NCBI GenBank assembly: GCA_016931965.1 | Contig: JAFGDT010000007.1 | Coordinates: 1,063-65,062, forward strand | Source of the DNA: a bacterium | GTDB taxonomy: Bacteria > Zhuqueibacterota > QNDG01 > DSAB01 | Direction of reading: 5' to 3' | DNA: 64,000 nt | Part shown: in pieces, positions 61,906 to 64,000 of the stretch | Position numbering within the stretch: position 1 is the stretch's first letter | Layout of the letters: each line of letters begins with the position of its first letter | Position numbers and translations under genes: made by a program | The notes under the pieces: generated by a model | Told to the model about the DNA's origin: nothing | The model's database searches: none | What the model saw: only the letters and a program-made list of their open reading frames with translations

Positions 61906-64000
61906 ATGAAAAACCAACCAGCCCTGAAAACCAGTCTGATTCTGATCGCCGGAATGTATTTGGGTCACAGCTTTCCCATATCGGTTTGGATCATACTCAT
62001 TCTCTGCACAGCATTGACTTTGATTACAACGATCCTCCTTATTTTTAGACGAGAGGGCCTATTCCTTGAATGCTTACTCACCCTCAGTCTTGTCTCTTTG
62101 GGTTGCATGAGATATCTTCAAGTTATACAAACGGATCCTCAAAACCACATTCGTTTTCTCTATCAATCTGATCAGCCATTGACGATCCAAGGATTCCTCA
62201 AAACAGATCCTGAAGAAAAATCAAACTCGATTGAATGGATCCTCAACAGTGAAAAACTGATGTTGTCAGATACGACCATTTCAATAACAGGACCTGTACT
62301 GGTCACCATGGATACTGAAATTCCCCCTATATTGCAGTATGGTGACGTCGTACAGATAACGGGAGAATGCCAGCTCCCAAACGACCAGCGAAATCCCGGT
62401 GGATTTGATTACAGAGAGTATCTGACAAGAAAAAAGATTTACAGAATCATGCGGATCGATAGAGCGGATCAGGTTCAACACATGGGGATAAAAAAAGGCA
62501 ATTTCTTTCTCCGTGAGATCATTTACCCGATGCGCCGTTTCACAATCGAAATGGTGGATCGGACGACCGAAGAACCAAACCGTTCTCTACTCAAGGCTTT
62601 GCTGGTTGGAGAACGGGGAACGATTTCTCCCGAAGTCAGGGAGAGTTTCGAAAAAGCCGGTGTGATCCATGTGCTGGCAGTCAGTGGACTCCACGTTGGT
62701 TTCGTTCTTTTTATCTTAATGACCATTTTAAGATTGCTGAGACTGGCCTATCCTATCCGTGTTCTTCTGACAATATTAGGCCTCCTATTATACGCCCTGA
62801 TCACCGAAATGAGAACACCGGTTACGCGTGCAACGATTATGGCCATCACCTACCTGATTGGCACACGGATAGAAAGACGGATAGATCCCTTTAATATAAT
62901 CGGCATAGGAGGATTAGTCGTTCTGCTTTTCAATCCACAGGAGCTTTTCGACATCGGCTTTCAGCTTTCCTTTACCGCTGTGATATCCATCGTCTACTTC
63001 TATAAAAAATTGAGTACATTCCCATGGATATTAAAAATAAACCACCATTTGAGCAATAAGCTGATTGGCTCATACGGCCTGACCTTGTTCCTGGTTTCCC
63101 TTTCCGCGCAAATGGGAACGATTCCATTGACTGCCTATTATTTTAACCGGATCCCCCTCCTTTCTCTCATCGTCAATTTGTTTGCCATTCCCCTTGTCGG
63201 ACTGATTGTCGCTCTGGGATTGACGACCGTGATCACTGGATTAATCAGTTTGTGGGTAGCGACAATTTATGGGACCCTGAACGAAGCCGTCATGTCGATT
63301 TATACCGCTATCATCGCCTGGATTGGCAATCTTCCCTTTTCACACATTTATGTACCTACACCGAACCTGTTTCACTTGCTCGTCTATTTCTCTTGCGTGC
63401 TTCTGCTCATTTACAACCAGAACAAGGTACGAAGAAAACAGTTCGCCTTCATCTTCATGATCAGCCTGAATCTCCTCGCCTGGAAGAACATTGTCTGGAA
63501 CCAGGATTCCAAAATAACCTGGATACAGTTTGACGTCGGCCAGGGGGACGCGGCTCTGCTTCATCTTCCACGGGGCAAGCACATGCTGATCGATGGCGGG
63601 GATAAAACAGCCTTGTATGATCACGGCGAAAGCGTGATTGCTCCATATTTGAGAAGGAAAGGTATTCGCTCATTGGATACGGTAATTCTGACCCACCCGC
63701 ACAATGACCACATCGGCGGACTGATTTATATTCTGAATCATTTTAACGTCAAGCAGGTCATTACGGCCGGGACGCCATTCGAATCTCAATTGGTTCAGGA
63801 ATTTCAAAATACAATTGAACGAAAAAGAATCCCCATGCGAACAGTTCTTGCCCCGGACAGTTTGATTGCCTTCCCCGGTGTTAAGATCTATTTTCTCTCG
63901 CCTACTGAGATCACGGCCATTCATAATGATTCTCGCGATATCAACAATCAGTCTCTCGTCATGAAGGTGCTTTTTGGAAAAACGAGGTTCCTTTTCATGG
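61906..64000 (+). CDS. comEC: ComEC/Rec2 DNA-uptake protein (runs off the window edge)
   Basis: Manual translation: RNPGGFDYREYL, HVLAVSGLHVG, DVGQGDA, LTHPHNDHIGG; absent from the ORF track because no stop is in the window. Confidence 0.92.
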   Translation, partial: MKNQPALKTSLILIAGMYLGHSFPISVWIILILCTALTLITTILLIFRREGLFLECLLTLSLVSLGCMRYLQVIQTDPQNHIRFLYQSDQPLTIQGFLKTDPEEKSNSIEWILNSEKLMLSDTTISITGPVLVTMDTEIPPILQYGDVVQITGECQLPNDQRNPGGFDYREYLTRKKIYRIMRIDRADQVQHMGIKKGNFFLREIIYPMRRFTIEMVDRTTEEPNRSLLKALLVGERGTISPEVRESFEKAGVIHVLAVSGLHVGFVLFILMTILRLLRLAYPIRVLLTILGLLLYALITEMRTPVTRATIMAITYLIGTRIERRIDPFNIIGIGGLVVLLFNPQELFDIGFQLSFTAVISIVYFYKKLSTFPWILKINHHLSNKLIGSYGLTLFLVSLSAQMGTIPLTAYYFNRIPLLSLIVNLFAIPLVGLIVALGLTTVITGLISLWVATIYGTLNEAVMSIYTAIIAWIGNLPFSHIYVPTPNLFHLLVYFSCVLLLIYNQNKVRRKQFAFIFMISLNLLAWKNIVWNQDSKITWIQFDVGQGDAALLHLPRGKHMLIDGGDKTALYDHGESVIAPYLRRKGIRSLDTVILTHPHNDHIGGLIYILNHFNVKQVITAGTPFESQLVQEFQNTIERKRIPMRTVLAPDSLIAFPGVKIYFLSPTEITAIHNDSRDINNQSLVMKVLFGKTRFLFM

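Overview
Bacterial chromosomal window, probably FCB-related (the lpxC-fabZ fusion and uppS-tamB-bamA-skp-skp-lpxD order fit e.g. a KSB1/Calditrichota/Ignavibacteria-like lineage; this is inference). 1-16.8 kb is a minus-strand surface-polysaccharide operon: upxY/nusG-like, wecB, wbpE/B/D-like, gmd, fcl. It is interleaved with and followed by about nine small toxin-antitoxin or nucleotidyltransferase cassettes, two four-helix-bundle (4HB) genes and several gene remnants. Most cassette junctions carry copies of one AT-rich, 7-nt-periodic, imperfect inverted-repeat element, seen filled with a 4HB gene, filled with a REP-like hairpin, or empty. No integrase, transposase or reverse transcriptase is in the window. 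This repeat-delimited cassette array is the most unusual feature. 16.9-38.4 kb holds envelope and core genes (SMR-type flippase, polyprenyl-P phosphoribosyltransferase, wzc, lolA, ftsK, rseP, dxr, lpxA, lpxC-fabZ, lpxD, two skp, bamA, tamB-like, uppS). 38.5-45.1 kb holds moxR, thrC, an apgM-like gene, an aminotransferase and galM. 45.2-53.7 kb is an AT-rich six-gene signalling cluster. 54-64 kb holds a HAD hydrolase, a PfkB kinase, frameshifted gnd, tRNA-fMet, smc and partial comEC. All calls come from reading the sequence and recognising motifs; no database searches were run.
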